In this document: positions 53,950 through 63,403 of the stretch, one piece after another
Layout of the letters: the number at the start of each line of letters is the position of its first letter
Position numbering within the stretch: position 1 is the first letter of the stretch
Sequence record: NC_061444.1
Reading direction: 5' to 3' (one strand)
Length of the DNA: 64,000 nucleotides
The notes under the pieces: generated by a model
The model's input: only the letters and a program-made list of their open reading frames with translations
What the model was told of the DNA's origin: nothing
Databases searched by the model: none
Position numbers and translations under genes: made by a program

Positions 53950-55904
53950 TCCAGTTTGTATTTGCTCTTGAACTCCGCAATGCTCATAACAGGAATGCCC
54001 TTGTCAATCGCTTTCTGTAGCTTCGCGGAACCAGAGCCAGGGTCTTTAGCAATCAGAATCGACGTGTCAGCTTTCATGCCGTCAGACGCAACGCCACCAA
54101 GTTCGACAATGCGTTTCATCAGGTCACGATCACGCACACCAGTGAATGCTACGTTAACACCTTTGAGCTTGGTGCTAACCACTTTCACTTTCTTCGGTGC
54201 AACGAGAGTCACGCCCATCTCTGAGGCCATCATGTACGACTTGATAGCAGCATCAGCAATCTGAGGAGCCAGCTTATCGACACCGTGCATACTGTTGACC
54301 TTGAGAGTCAGATCAGCAGTCTTACCTTTCTTGAGATATTGCTCAATGTTAGGAATGGCATCGACAACCTTATCAAACGTTGTGTTAGCGCCGCGCATAA
54401 AGAATGAAGCAGTAGCTTTCAGCCACGTATTCATCGGTACACCAGCTTTCAACGCTTTCAGGTCTTTCGCTAACTGACGACCGCGTGAATCACCAACGAT
54501 CTCACGCAACGCAGCCATAGAAGCATCGAACAATTGCTGAGGAGTTTTGATACCAGAAGCAACGAGCAGCTTACACGTACTCGGTCCTGTGTTCGCAACG
54601 TCAAGCCCTTTCAAGAACGAGCCGAGCATACGAGAGTCAGCAGCACTGGTCTTCGTCTTAGCAACGAACTCAACGCCATTGATCTTGTACTGTACGTCAG
54701 GCAGCTTAGGCTTCTTAGCAGGCTTGAGGATTTCCATGATGTATGGAATAACCTTTCCGCTTCGAATCAACTTAACCTTAGCGCCTGGGCCAAGAGGACG
54801 CTTAGGCCCCATGACAGCGCCTTTCTTCTTCGGCTTGAGATAGCCGTGCTCAACGTAGAAGCCGTTGTGCGCAGAAGCACGTTCGACTGTGACACCACCA
54901 GGCATAACAGTAGGTGGGAACAGCGCGACAGGTGCGAGTACACCGTACTTGGACTCTTGATAGATTACGTCTTTGACAGTCACAATAACCGTGTCTGACT
55001 CAACGTTCATCTTGAACTTGAAAGCGTGTTTAGGATTGCTCGCAGTTGCTTTAGGCGTAGGAATATCACGGGTCATTACAATCCCATCAAGTTCATACTT
55101 CGCCTTAGAAATGCGTTTGTCCAACCACGGAATGAGTTCTTCTTCTGACTCGAAGCGCAGAGGACCGAAGTGGCGAACCACCTCAAATCCCCATTTCTCT
55201 AACAGCTTGAACTGCGAAGACTGTTTGAGTGTAGCGCCCTTACCACCGATGATACCGAAGCACACCATGTGGACGTACTTGAACTCTTTCGCTGTTTCGA
55301 AGTTACGTACCAGACCAGATGCAGCGTTACGTGCAGCTTTGAAGCGGCCACCAGCAGATTCATGCAGCTTCGCCATAAAGGTTTTGTACGGGATTAGCGC
55401 TTCACAACGCAACACGACTTGACCTTTCTCAGAGATTTTCTGAGGTATGCGCATAGCAGGTAAATGCTGTGACACGTCTTTACCGTGAGTTGCATCGCCA
55501 CGAGTAAGCGCACGAACAGGTACGCCTTTCTCGTAAACGATCTCAATGCTCAGGCCGTCGAGCTTGTCAGTAAGAATCCAGTCAACGTCTTCTGCCAGAG
55601 CTTTCGTCAACTGCTTACCACCGAGAACGAACTGGTCAAGACTTGCCATTGGTACAGGCAGCTTAACATCAGAATCATCACGCGCACCGACTTTACGCGC
55701 CAGCTTAGACTTAGGCCAGCGCTTGTCGATGTAGTTGCGAATGTGATCGTACACGGCGTCGGATATCAAACCCTCAGAGTCAGTGTGAAACGCATCATCG
55801 AGATGCGCCACCAGCTTCGTCGCTTGAGTTAGATTGAGCGTGTCCAGAATCTTATCAGGATTCTTTTCGAGCCGCTTCAAAGAGATTTGCATGATTTTCT
55901 CCAA
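53946..55904 (-). CDS. ligA: NAD-dependent DNA ligase
   Basis: ISDAVYD, MASLDQ, motif I KLDG, RGD..G.DV, ELDGIV, AFKFK, OB fold, HhH repeats, C-terminal BRCT (VAFTGVRD...KLQKA). Confidence 0.93.
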   Translation of the reverse strand: MEKIMQISLKRLEKNPDKILDTLNLTQATKLVAHLDDAFHTDSEGLISDAVYDHIRNYIDKRWPKSKLARKVGARDDSDVKLPVPMASLDQFVLGGKQLTKALAEDVDWILTDKLDGLSIEIVYEKGVPVRALTRGDATHGKDVSQHLPAMRIPQKISEKGQVVLRCEALIPYKTFMAKLHESAGGRFKAARNAASGLVRNFETAKEFKYVHMVCFGIIGGKGATLKQSSQFKLLEKWGFEVVRHFGPLRFESEEELIPWLDKRISKAKYELDGIVMTRDIPTPKATASNPKHAFKFKMNVESDTVIVTVKDVIYQESKYGVLAPVALFPPTVMPGGVTVERASAHNGFYVEHGYLKPKKKGAVMGPKRPLGPGAKVKLIRSGKVIPYIMEILKPAKKPKLPDVQYKINGVEFVAKTKTSAADSRMLGSFLKGLDVANTGPSTCKLLVASGIKTPQQLFDASMAALREIVGDSRGRQLAKDLKALKAGVPMNTWLKATASFFMRGANTTFDKVVDAIPNIEQYLKKGKTADLTLKVNSMHGVDKLAPQIADAAIKSYMMASEMGVTLVAPKKVKVVSTKLKGVNVAFTGVRDRDLMKRIVELGGVASDGMKADTSILIAKDPGSGSAKLQKAIDKGIPVMSIAEFKSKYKLE

Positions 55905-55931
55905 TCGTCATTAACACTGGTATTTACAGTG

Positions 55932-57758
55932 TTAAGAGGCGATAGGGTCTTTGTTGACAGGGAAGTCTTCGGTCATGTCAAGCACACGATTGAACAGCTT
56001 AGGAGCCATATCTTTCACATGTTCAGCATAATCAAAGAGGTTCTGTTTACGCGCACGGTTCACACGCACCTGACGTACTTCGTCTGGGCTGTTGGTGATA
56101 TCATACAGCGTATAGATGACGATGTTATCAGAGGTAGAATGCGTACTGACGCGCACGATAACCCAATCACGATTGAGCTTCGCGTCTGCCTTGAACCTGA
56201 GCACATCACCCTCTTCTGCTTCCTCAGCGCGATGTTGAGGAGTAGATTTGTTAGCGGCTGCAATCTTCTTGGCAGTCTCTTTCGCTTCCTGCTCTGCGGC
56301 AGCAACGTCTGAGTCTTCGTCTTCGTCTGCGTCGGTTTCGTCTACAGCGTCAGAGGTGTCAGAGGATTCATCCTCCTCTTCTTCCTCGTCTTCTCCATCT
56401 TCACCTTCTCCGTCAGCTCCTTCGTCGTCAACGGAGTCATCATCCACAGATTCGTCGTCGGTATCTGAATCGGCGTCCCCATCATCTGCATCATCAGCAT
56501 CTGGATCGCTATCGTCAACGTCTTCTTCTGCATCAGGGTCTTCCTCTTCTTCGGCAGGCTGCGCTTTCTTACCTGCTTTAGTGCGGACTTTCTTAGGAGG
56601 CACGTCTTCTTCGTCCTCTTCTGGTTCGTCAATGTCTGACAGATCCAGTTCAGGGTCTTCGTGGTCTTGCGAATCATCGCCACCAAACAAAGAGCCTACA
56701 GAGTCTTCGATGTTGAACGCATCGCCAGCGAACGGACTGCGTGACAGGATATCTTCGAGCTTCTGCTCGTCGAGGTCCGCGTCGATTTCGATTTCTTCGA
56801 TTTCATCATCCAAGATTTCTTCCTCGATTACACGCACACGCTTACCGCGCCTATCAATACCATCTTCGTAGACAGTACGTACTTCTGGTTTAGGAACTTC
56901 AACTTCACCAGAACGAACTTTCTTACGTAAGCTGCTGAGTTCAGCTTCACGCTCGCGCTTTTTCTTGCTCGCTTCTTTCTGTAGCTCTTTGCGTTGTTGC
57001 TTCTGCTCCAGAATCTTAGCGTTGTTAGCAAGGCGTTGTGCTTCTTCCTCTTCCTGTGCAGAACGACGACGCGCTCGGCGAACTACACGACGATAGGCTT
57101 TAACGTCTTCTGCTGTGAGAACACCTTTAGGCCAATCATTGAACGGCAGGATGTTGGTGTCATGCACGATCAGGTCATACTGCGCATCATCAACTTTAAG
57201 GAACATGCCCTCAGAGTTAATGACGATACCGCCTTTGCCCTGTCTTAGGAAGCGCACACCAATCATGTCGTTCTTGTACAGCTTGGTCATACCCTTAGAA
57301 GTTTTCACAGGGTATTCAGGGCTTGCAACCATGCGCCACTGATAGTTGTCGAAGTTAACGCCATACACCGATTCAGATGGGACACGACGCGGTGAGAAGC
57401 GAGCAGCATCGAACTGACTGCGACTGAGTTGACGCTCCATCGTCTTAGCACCAGCAGTCTTAGTGCGACCAGTACTCTCACGATTAACAACGTCAGGTAC
57501 CTTGCGCAGCTTCGATGCGCGTTCCATCAGGAACAGGCCAGCAGCTTTGTCGAGTGGAAAGTCAACATGCGGCATATCAGGGAAAATGAGAGTGTAGCGT
57601 CCGCCATTACGCAGCGGGAGAATACCGAAGATATCGCCTTCACGAATCATGCGCTTATGAGTTCGTTGGGATACTTCTTTTCCGCGTGAACCTGTATACT
57701 TCATCCACGCGTACTTCGATACGGCATCTTGATATGATGCAGATACGGAAAGTACCAT
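55932..57758 (-). CDS. Hypothetical protein with two copies of the shared domain, coiled coil and acidic tract
   Basis: ORF 55932..57785; ATG at 57758 (MVLSVSAS); AWMKYTG...EGDIFGI and YQWRMV...KNDMIGV repeats. Confidence 0.7.
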   Translation of the reverse strand: MVLSVSASYQDAVSKYAWMKYTGSRGKEVSQRTHKRMIREGDIFGILPLRNGGRYTLIFPDMPHVDFPLDKAAGLFLMERASKLRKVPDVVNRESTGRTKTAGAKTMERQLSRSQFDAARFSPRRVPSESVYGVNFDNYQWRMVASPEYPVKTSKGMTKLYKNDMIGVRFLRQGKGGIVINSEGMFLKVDDAQYDLIVHDTNILPFNDWPKGVLTAEDVKAYRRVVRRARRRSAQEEEEAQRLANNAKILEQKQQRKELQKEASKKKREREAELSSLRKKVRSGEVEVPKPEVRTVYEDGIDRRGKRVRVIEEEILDDEIEEIEIDADLDEQKLEDILSRSPFAGDAFNIEDSVGSLFGGDDSQDHEDPELDLSDIDEPEEDEEDVPPKKVRTKAGKKAQPAEEEEDPDAEEDVDDSDPDADDADDGDADSDTDDESVDDDSVDDEGADGEGEDGEDEEEEEDESSDTSDAVDETDADEDEDSDVAAAEQEAKETAKKIAAANKSTPQHRAEEAEEGDVLRFKADAKLNRDWVIVRVSTHSTSDNIVIYTLYDITNSPDEVRQVRVNRARKQNLFDYAEHVKDMAPKLFNRVLDMTEDFPVNKDPIAS

Positions 57759-57810
57759 GTTATTGTCTCTATGTTGTACAAACACTCGTTGAAATTAGCT
57801 TACGCGAGGT

Positions 57811-57833
57811 AAAGCGGGGGATTAGCCCCCGCT
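57811..57833 (-). terminator. Rho-independent terminator overlapping a stop codon
   Basis: Minus strand GCGGGG-GCTAAT-CCCCGC-TTT. Confidence 0.65.
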
Positions 57834-60800
57834 CAAATATCCTCTCGCGGCACAGGACATAGAACCACAAGATTCTTCACACACAGTAACCTGAGCCCAA
57901 GTCCAGTAACCGTTAGGCTGCTGGATAGCATACACCACAGAAGGATCGAAGCCCCAGACTTGAGTAGCGTTCTGCAACGCGTCAAGTTCCGTAGCAAAAT
58001 AGCCCTCTTCAAGAGGCTTGTCAATCGAACCGTGATTAGGCTCAACCGTCCATGCTTCGACAACAGGTGCAAGAACAGCGTAAGGCTTGCTGGTGGATCT
58101 GCGTGTCTTATGAATCTCTACACTAATCGGTTTAGGCGTGACAGGATTACCTGCTTTACGTGCAACAGGGATGACTTTCGCCGTGTTAACCTGACGTGTA
58201 CCTAACTCCTCAGTCTTACCGCTCTGACTCGACTGAATGAACTTACCTTCAATCAAGTGAGTGTACACTGTAGGAGTATCGACAGTGTGAGGGTCAAATG
58301 ACTCGTGCTGACCTGCAACTGCTTTCAGATGATAGAAGTCGCTCGGTGCCGGTGATACCGGGTACTGAACAGGTTCTTTCGCCCATTGAGATTCCAGTGG
58401 TGCGCAGTGATAGTACACAGGAGCGTCCATACGACGCACAAACGGAATTTCAGGCATGAACAGAACAGCAGGGTGATAGATAGGATCAACGTATTTCGCA
58501 ACATGCGCATCTACTTGATACGTCATAGTTACTGGAACCCATTGAGGTCTAGCCCAACCGATTTGATACACAGCACTAGGATGAACGTACTGCGCTTCTG
58601 TTACTTCCTGTTGATACAACCCACTAGCAAACGTCAGACGAGGCTGAGTGCAACCACCATCGTACAGTCCGAGATTGTCGACCTTGCTGGCTCCAAGAGC
58701 ATCGACAGGATAGATGGCTTTGTCATCCGCAAACTTCGGCAGAATCTGATCAGGCTTAGCCTTGGTTAAAGTGCGATACTCAGGGCTACGCAGATCGAAA
58801 TACTGCGGCGCTAAGTCAATGTTCTCAACAAAGTTGTTGATGAACGTATCACTAACAGCATACAGCTCTTCGGTGAAGTCAGGCAGGAAGGTATCTACAA
58901 CAATACCTGGACCTTCGACGAACGCAGCACTGAACGAGTCAGATACAGCATCATCACCTACTGTGGCTTCGAACAGAGGGAAATCCGTAACAGTATCTTC
59001 CTGCCCTACTGTGGCTTCGAACAGAGGGAAATCCGTAACAGTATCTTCCTGTCCTACGGTAGCTTCAAATAACGGGAAGTCCGTAACAGTATCTTCCTGC
59101 CCAACAGTAAGCTCGAACAGAGGGAACGTGTCTGACGTAACGCTGTCGGTGTTATCGACAAACGAGGGCAGAGGCATTGTCGTGATGACGTCCTTCTGAC
59201 CCTGTGTGAGTTCGAACAGGTCGAACTTGTCGATGACAATATCAGAACGCGCAATCAGATCGAACATGCGGAAGTTATCCACGAAGTCCTTCTGACCCAT
59301 ATCGAACTGAGGACCAGCTACAACTTGAGGGTTCTCGACATTGCCTTGAACAAACTGATGTCCAGCTATGATCTGTTCGTTCGTAGCTGCACCAGCATCC
59401 ACTTCACGCGCTACAGGTTCACTCGCATGTGTCTGACCTTGTTCGAAGTCATTCCACTGGAGCTGCTCGTCAAGCTCTGGGTCATACACAGGCTCAAGGT
59501 TAACGCTGTGCGTACCTGTACCTATGAACGTCTTATCAACGATAGCAACAGCTTCATTAACAGCGTCTTGAGGTGTCACGTCGAAGATCTGCACAGAGTC
59601 GGTAGCGTATGCGCTATACGACGGGTCGACCGTCATATCGTACAACCAACCGAACGGTGCATTGCCGAACATCAACGTGTGTGGTTGATCGTGCGAGGGC
59701 AGACCGTAGATTTTGAGCATCGTGTCTGCGCACTCGAACGGACCCATAACAAGGCCTTGCTCTTTGTACACACCACGAGAGTCTAGGTCTACAACGACAC
59801 GCACGCCATCAACGTCAAGTAGCATACCGGCAGGAACAGTGAAGTACGTCCAGAAGTTGTCTGGAATGTTGTCGATGAACAACGTATCGCTATCACCCAT
59901 AACATAACGCTCTGCGCGTTTAGTCGGGGCTGGTGTTCCTAACCATTCTGCATCTGCCCACACGTACCATTCATAGCTGAACTGATCAGAGTGGAACTTG
60001 ATCGTGTACTGCTTGTTTTCGGTAGGCGTGAACTTAATGCTGGACGTTCCATTTACAGGTACAGTGACCGTCGTACTACCGTTGGCAAACACAGCACCTT
60101 CAGGCGAGTCGATAGTCAGTGTCAGAGGAACAGTACCTGTGTTCTTGAACACATCAGATTTGACTTCTTTACCGATAGGCATGTATGCCCAGTGACGGCC
60201 TACGTCAATCTGCGCTTCAACAATCGTATAGATACCGAAGCGTGAAGTACCTTTCCCAACATCAACGTCAATGCGTGACGTGTTATTCTCATGCAGAATC
60301 TCGAAGCCGAGCTTTTGATTGTTGCGAATGAGCACAGGCATTGCTGTCTCTACACCATCCACAAAGATCTTAACGCGGTCGTAGTCTTCCTGTCCATCAA
60401 TCAGCACACTGACAGGCACAGCAACGTTAATGCCGCTGATCGTAACGTCTTCGGTGCGGTTCCAAGTGTCGTTGTCAACACCTAGAATGTTCTGCCACGC
60501 GAAAGCGTTAGGTGTGTCGTCAGCTTTCATCTCGAACTGATAGACAGAACGCCCGATAGAAACAGGGAACGACGTGCTGGTGATGAACGCATGACTCAGC
60601 GTGATAGTGACTTCCTGACCGTCGTACACTTTCGTTACAGGTACGGTCGTGGTTGTCGTGACTTCTTTGCCGTCAACAATATCAGTTGTGGTAACGTCAA
60701 TCGTAGCAGCAACAGTCACACCTGCAGGTGCAGTGATAGGCAGAGCGATATCTGGGTCACCTGCATCGACAGTCACTTTGAACGTTACAGACGGACCTAA

Positions 60801-62147
60801 GTTGATGTTGCTCAGGTCAGGCATGTTCACAGTGTAGTCACGGATAGCTAAGTGTTTCAGCCCCGTTGTAGGACGCGCTGCGTAATAGAACAGACGGTCA
60901 TACGTATCTTCCTGCGTATATGGCGGCGTCAGGAGTTCAACGTAAGGCCAACCAGAGCGTGTCTGCGTAGGACTGTCAGCAGAGGCAAAGTCAAACAGCG
61001 CATTGCTACCGTTCGTGTCCATACCTGAAACTAACTTACCACCAGCAGCAGTCCAAGCAGCAGTCGTGTTGAACACAACGAGGTCGTTAGCAACAAGAGG
61101 ACGAGCAGCAACGTTCTGTACGTTGTCACGGATATTGAACTGATAGACGTTAGTACCGTCGTGACCGAAGACGAGTAACGAACTCGGTACGAACTGATAC
61201 CAGAACACGTACGCAGGAGCAGCAGCCGTGTTACCACCCACCAGCTTACCATCAAGCGTTGACAGCACATCATAACTGTCAGAGCCGTTAACATAGAACT
61301 GGTCTGACTTAACAGACGTTTCAATGAACGAGGCATTCAGGTAATGCGCACGTCCATCTACATCAAACGCAACGTAGCTATCTACAGTGTTAGCACCAAC
61401 GCCAGCACGACGACACACAACACGGTTGACCTGATATCCGAGTTGCTTTGGTTCACCGAACTGCGTCATAGCTTCGTCAAGAACATCTACTTGCCCTGAC
61501 TTGTGGAACACTACAGCACTGCGTTTGCCTGTTGAGTCGTAACTGACTTTATAGCCTGCGATATCAACGTCATACATACCGCCGAACACTTTTGTATTCG
61601 ACACATCACCATCAGTGTGAATGTAATACAGCGTACGGGCTGCACGGTCATGGACGATTGATACGGGTTTAGTCAGGTCGAAGAAGGTAGATTCGAAGTC
61701 CGAGAACTTTGCAACACTACCTTGCTGCATGTCTTGAACAGTGGGAATACGAACGCCACCGCCAAGCACAAGACCGCCATACGTAGGATTGATTGCAGCG
61801 CCCAATGGCATTGCATCCATACCACGAGTAACCAGACGATAATCCAGCTCTTTCGTTTGCGGCCTGACAAAGATGCGAGACATAGAATGCACAAGCACCC
61901 ACAAGTCACCGTCTTTGTAATAGAGCAGCACAGGTTGTGTAGCAGAGGCAGCAACTGTCACGTTAGCCAGAAGACTAATCGGATATACTGAACCTGAACT
62001 CGGTGCGATATCCTTTTCTGTGGTAGCATCATCAAACGTACCGCCAACAACACGGAACGTCAGAGCGTCAGTATGGCTCTGGATAGTTACGTTACCAGAC
62101 CACGACTGCGCACCAGTAGCTGATACTACAGGAATCATTTCAGCCAT
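57822..62147 (-). CDS. Large modular virion structural protein (1441 aa)
   Basis: Beta-rich N-terminus, ADDTPNAFAW...VTISGINV module, acidic tandem repeats, Pro-rich segment, Cys-terminated C-terminus. Confidence 0.75.
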   Translation of the reverse strand: MAEMIPVVSATGAQSWSGNVTIQSHTDALTFRVVGGTFDDATTEKDIAPSSGSVYPISLLANVTVAASATQPVLLYYKDGDLWVLVHSMSRIFVRPQTKELDYRLVTRGMDAMPLGAAINPTYGGLVLGGGVRIPTVQDMQQGSVAKFSDFESTFFDLTKPVSIVHDRAARTLYYIHTDGDVSNTKVFGGMYDVDIAGYKVSYDSTGKRSAVVFHKSGQVDVLDEAMTQFGEPKQLGYQVNRVVCRRAGVGANTVDSYVAFDVDGRAHYLNASFIETSVKSDQFYVNGSDSYDVLSTLDGKLVGGNTAAAPAYVFWYQFVPSSLLVFGHDGTNVYQFNIRDNVQNVAARPLVANDLVVFNTTAAWTAAGGKLVSGMDTNGSNALFDFASADSPTQTRSGWPYVELLTPPYTQEDTYDRLFYYAARPTTGLKHLAIRDYTVNMPDLSNINLGPSVTFKVTVDAGDPDIALPITAPAGVTVAATIDVTTTDIVDGKEVTTTTTVPVTKVYDGQEVTITLSHAFITSTSFPVSIGRSVYQFEMKADDTPNAFAWQNILGVDNDTWNRTEDVTISGINVAVPVSVLIDGQEDYDRVKIFVDGVETAMPVLIRNNQKLGFEILHENNTSRIDVDVGKGTSRFGIYTIVEAQIDVGRHWAYMPIGKEVKSDVFKNTGTVPLTLTIDSPEGAVFANGSTTVTVPVNGTSSIKFTPTENKQYTIKFHSDQFSYEWYVWADAEWLGTPAPTKRAERYVMGDSDTLFIDNIPDNFWTYFTVPAGMLLDVDGVRVVVDLDSRGVYKEQGLVMGPFECADTMLKIYGLPSHDQPHTLMFGNAPFGWLYDMTVDPSYSAYATDSVQIFDVTPQDAVNEAVAIVDKTFIGTGTHSVNLEPVYDPELDEQLQWNDFEQGQTHASEPVAREVDAGAATNEQIIAGHQFVQGNVENPQVVAGPQFDMGQKDFVDNFRMFDLIARSDIVIDKFDLFELTQGQKDVITTMPLPSFVDNTDSVTSDTFPLFELTVGQEDTVTDFPLFEATVGQEDTVTDFPLFEATVGQEDTVTDFPLFEATVGDDAVSDSFSAAFVEGPGIVVDTFLPDFTEELYAVSDTFINNFVENIDLAPQYFDLRSPEYRTLTKAKPDQILPKFADDKAIYPVDALGASKVDNLGLYDGGCTQPRLTFASGLYQQEVTEAQYVHPSAVYQIGWARPQWVPVTMTYQVDAHVAKYVDPIYHPAVLFMPEIPFVRRMDAPVYYHCAPLESQWAKEPVQYPVSPAPSDFYHLKAVAGQHESFDPHTVDTPTVYTHLIEGKFIQSSQSGKTEELGTRQVNTAKVIPVARKAGNPVTPKPISVEIHKTRRSTSKPYAVLAPVVEAWTVEPNHGSIDKPLEEGYFATELDALQNATQVWGFDPSVVYAIQQPNGYWTWAQVTVCEESCGSMSCAARGYLSGG
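58957..59126 (-). repeat. 48-bp in-frame tandem repeat (about 3.5 copies; FPLFEATVGQEDTVTD)
   Basis: Units start at 58957, 59005, 59053 and 59101; first two identical, later ones diverge at synonymous sites. Confidence 0.9.
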
Positions 62148-62171
62148 TGTTCACCTCACGATGCGGAAACT

Positions 62172-62196
62172 AAAAAGGGCGCCCGAAGGCACCCTG
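62172..62196 (-). terminator. Rho-independent terminator
   Basis: Minus strand CAGGGTGCC-TTCG-GGCGCCCTTTTT. Confidence 0.85.
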
Positions 62197-62202
62197 TGAG
62201 GA

Positions 62203-63384
62203 TTAGGCTCCGGCGCCTTCTGAGGCTTTATAGCCTTTGAGGAAGAAGATACGCATACCGGTGTTGTTCGGACTGTTAGCAGTCAGAGCTTTGTAGGTAC
62301 GCTTCTTCGGTGTGCTACCGTCGTCTTCCGTTTCGTTGTACACCTGCACGTCGATCTCAGTACCGTTAGAGATAACGTCAGCAGACGCATAACCAATGAT
62401 ATCCATTTCGTACGGGTAGCTGTAGCGCTGGGTATTGAAGCCCGCAGGCAGACGGAAATCGAAGTGGTTATCTTCGGAGAACGGAACCATCTGATACGGG
62501 TTGATAACAGCAGAGCTATCAGCGCTGTGTACGTGTGCCGGTGCTGGTACAGTCGGTGCGTTCACGTCTGACTCACGCACGGTGAAGCGCATGATCTGGA
62601 ATGAACCTGGGCTGTACGATACCGGACGCACTTCGATATCGTTGTTGATTGAGCCGCCACCGTTCACGCTGAACATACAGAACAACGGAGCTTTGCCGTC
62701 AACCACAACAGTACCATCAGAGTTGATAGCACGTTGAACAACGAGCCATGAAGCGCGGCAGCCATCAGAGTCACGACCCTCAACACCGATATGCAGCGCG
62801 AAGCCGTGATCAGTGAAGGACAGGTGATACGTGAACGGAGTCGCTTCCGGGTCGGCCCAAATCAGGCTGTCAGTGTTCTGCTGACCAGCAGTGGCATTGG
62901 TGGCGTTCGTCGGGTAAGACATAGTACCACCGTAATAAACGGAGTTACTTGGTCCTGCGATACCACGATGATAGAAGCACACATCGTTATCACCAGTAGT
63001 ACCGCCAGTAATGCCAGTGTAGCGGGCACCAATCTGACCAGCATATTCAGGTACACCGGCAGCGCTGGTGGCAGCCGTACCGGTCTTGGCGATAGTACCA
63101 GTATCAGAAATCTGCTCAGGCGCAGCACAGTACAATTGAGTGCGCTTCTCTGTGCCCTTCATGGCGATACGCCAGCGTTGTTTACCTGTGCCAGTACCCG
63201 CCAGAGGGTCGATAGTGTTTGTCGCTTCGAGAACGAAAGACACAAGGTCAGTTGTAGGCAGAGAGGACGCGATAGTTCCGTTGTAGCTCACCAGCTGGAA
63301 TCCGTTAGCGATCATATCCTCAAGGATTGAGCGCCACATCTTCAGGTTGCTGGTGAAGCCAGATTTAACAATCAGTTTGTTCAT
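62203..63384 (-). CDS. Abundant-type virion structural protein (393 aa), paralogue of the upstream gene
   Basis: Biased codons; TDHGFALHI...SWLVVQR...PLF...IINP...RYSY..DIIGYASADV shared with 63404..64000. Confidence 0.75.
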   Translation of the reverse strand: MNKLIVKSGFTSNLKMWRSILEDMIANGFQLVSYNGTIASSLPTTDLVSFVLEATNTIDPLAGTGTGKQRWRIAMKGTEKRTQLYCAAPEQISDTGTIAKTGTAATSAAGVPEYAGQIGARYTGITGGTTGDNDVCFYHRGIAGPSNSVYYGGTMSYPTNATNATAGQQNTDSLIWADPEATPFTYHLSFTDHGFALHIGVEGRDSDGCRASWLVVQRAINSDGTVVVDGKAPLFCMFSVNGGGSINNDIEVRPVSYSPGSFQIMRFTVRESDVNAPTVPAPAHVHSADSSAVINPYQMVPFSEDNHFDFRLPAGFNTQRYSYPYEMDIIGYASADVISNGTEIDVQVYNETEDDGSTPKKRTYKALTANSPNNTGMRIFFLKGYKASEGAGA

Positions 63385-63403
63385 GAGTTGTTGTCCCCTT
63401 TAA

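Noticed and set aside
58957-59126. 48-bp direct repeats as a CRISPR array
   Set aside because: Contiguous, in frame, no unique spacers, synonymous divergence: a coding repeat
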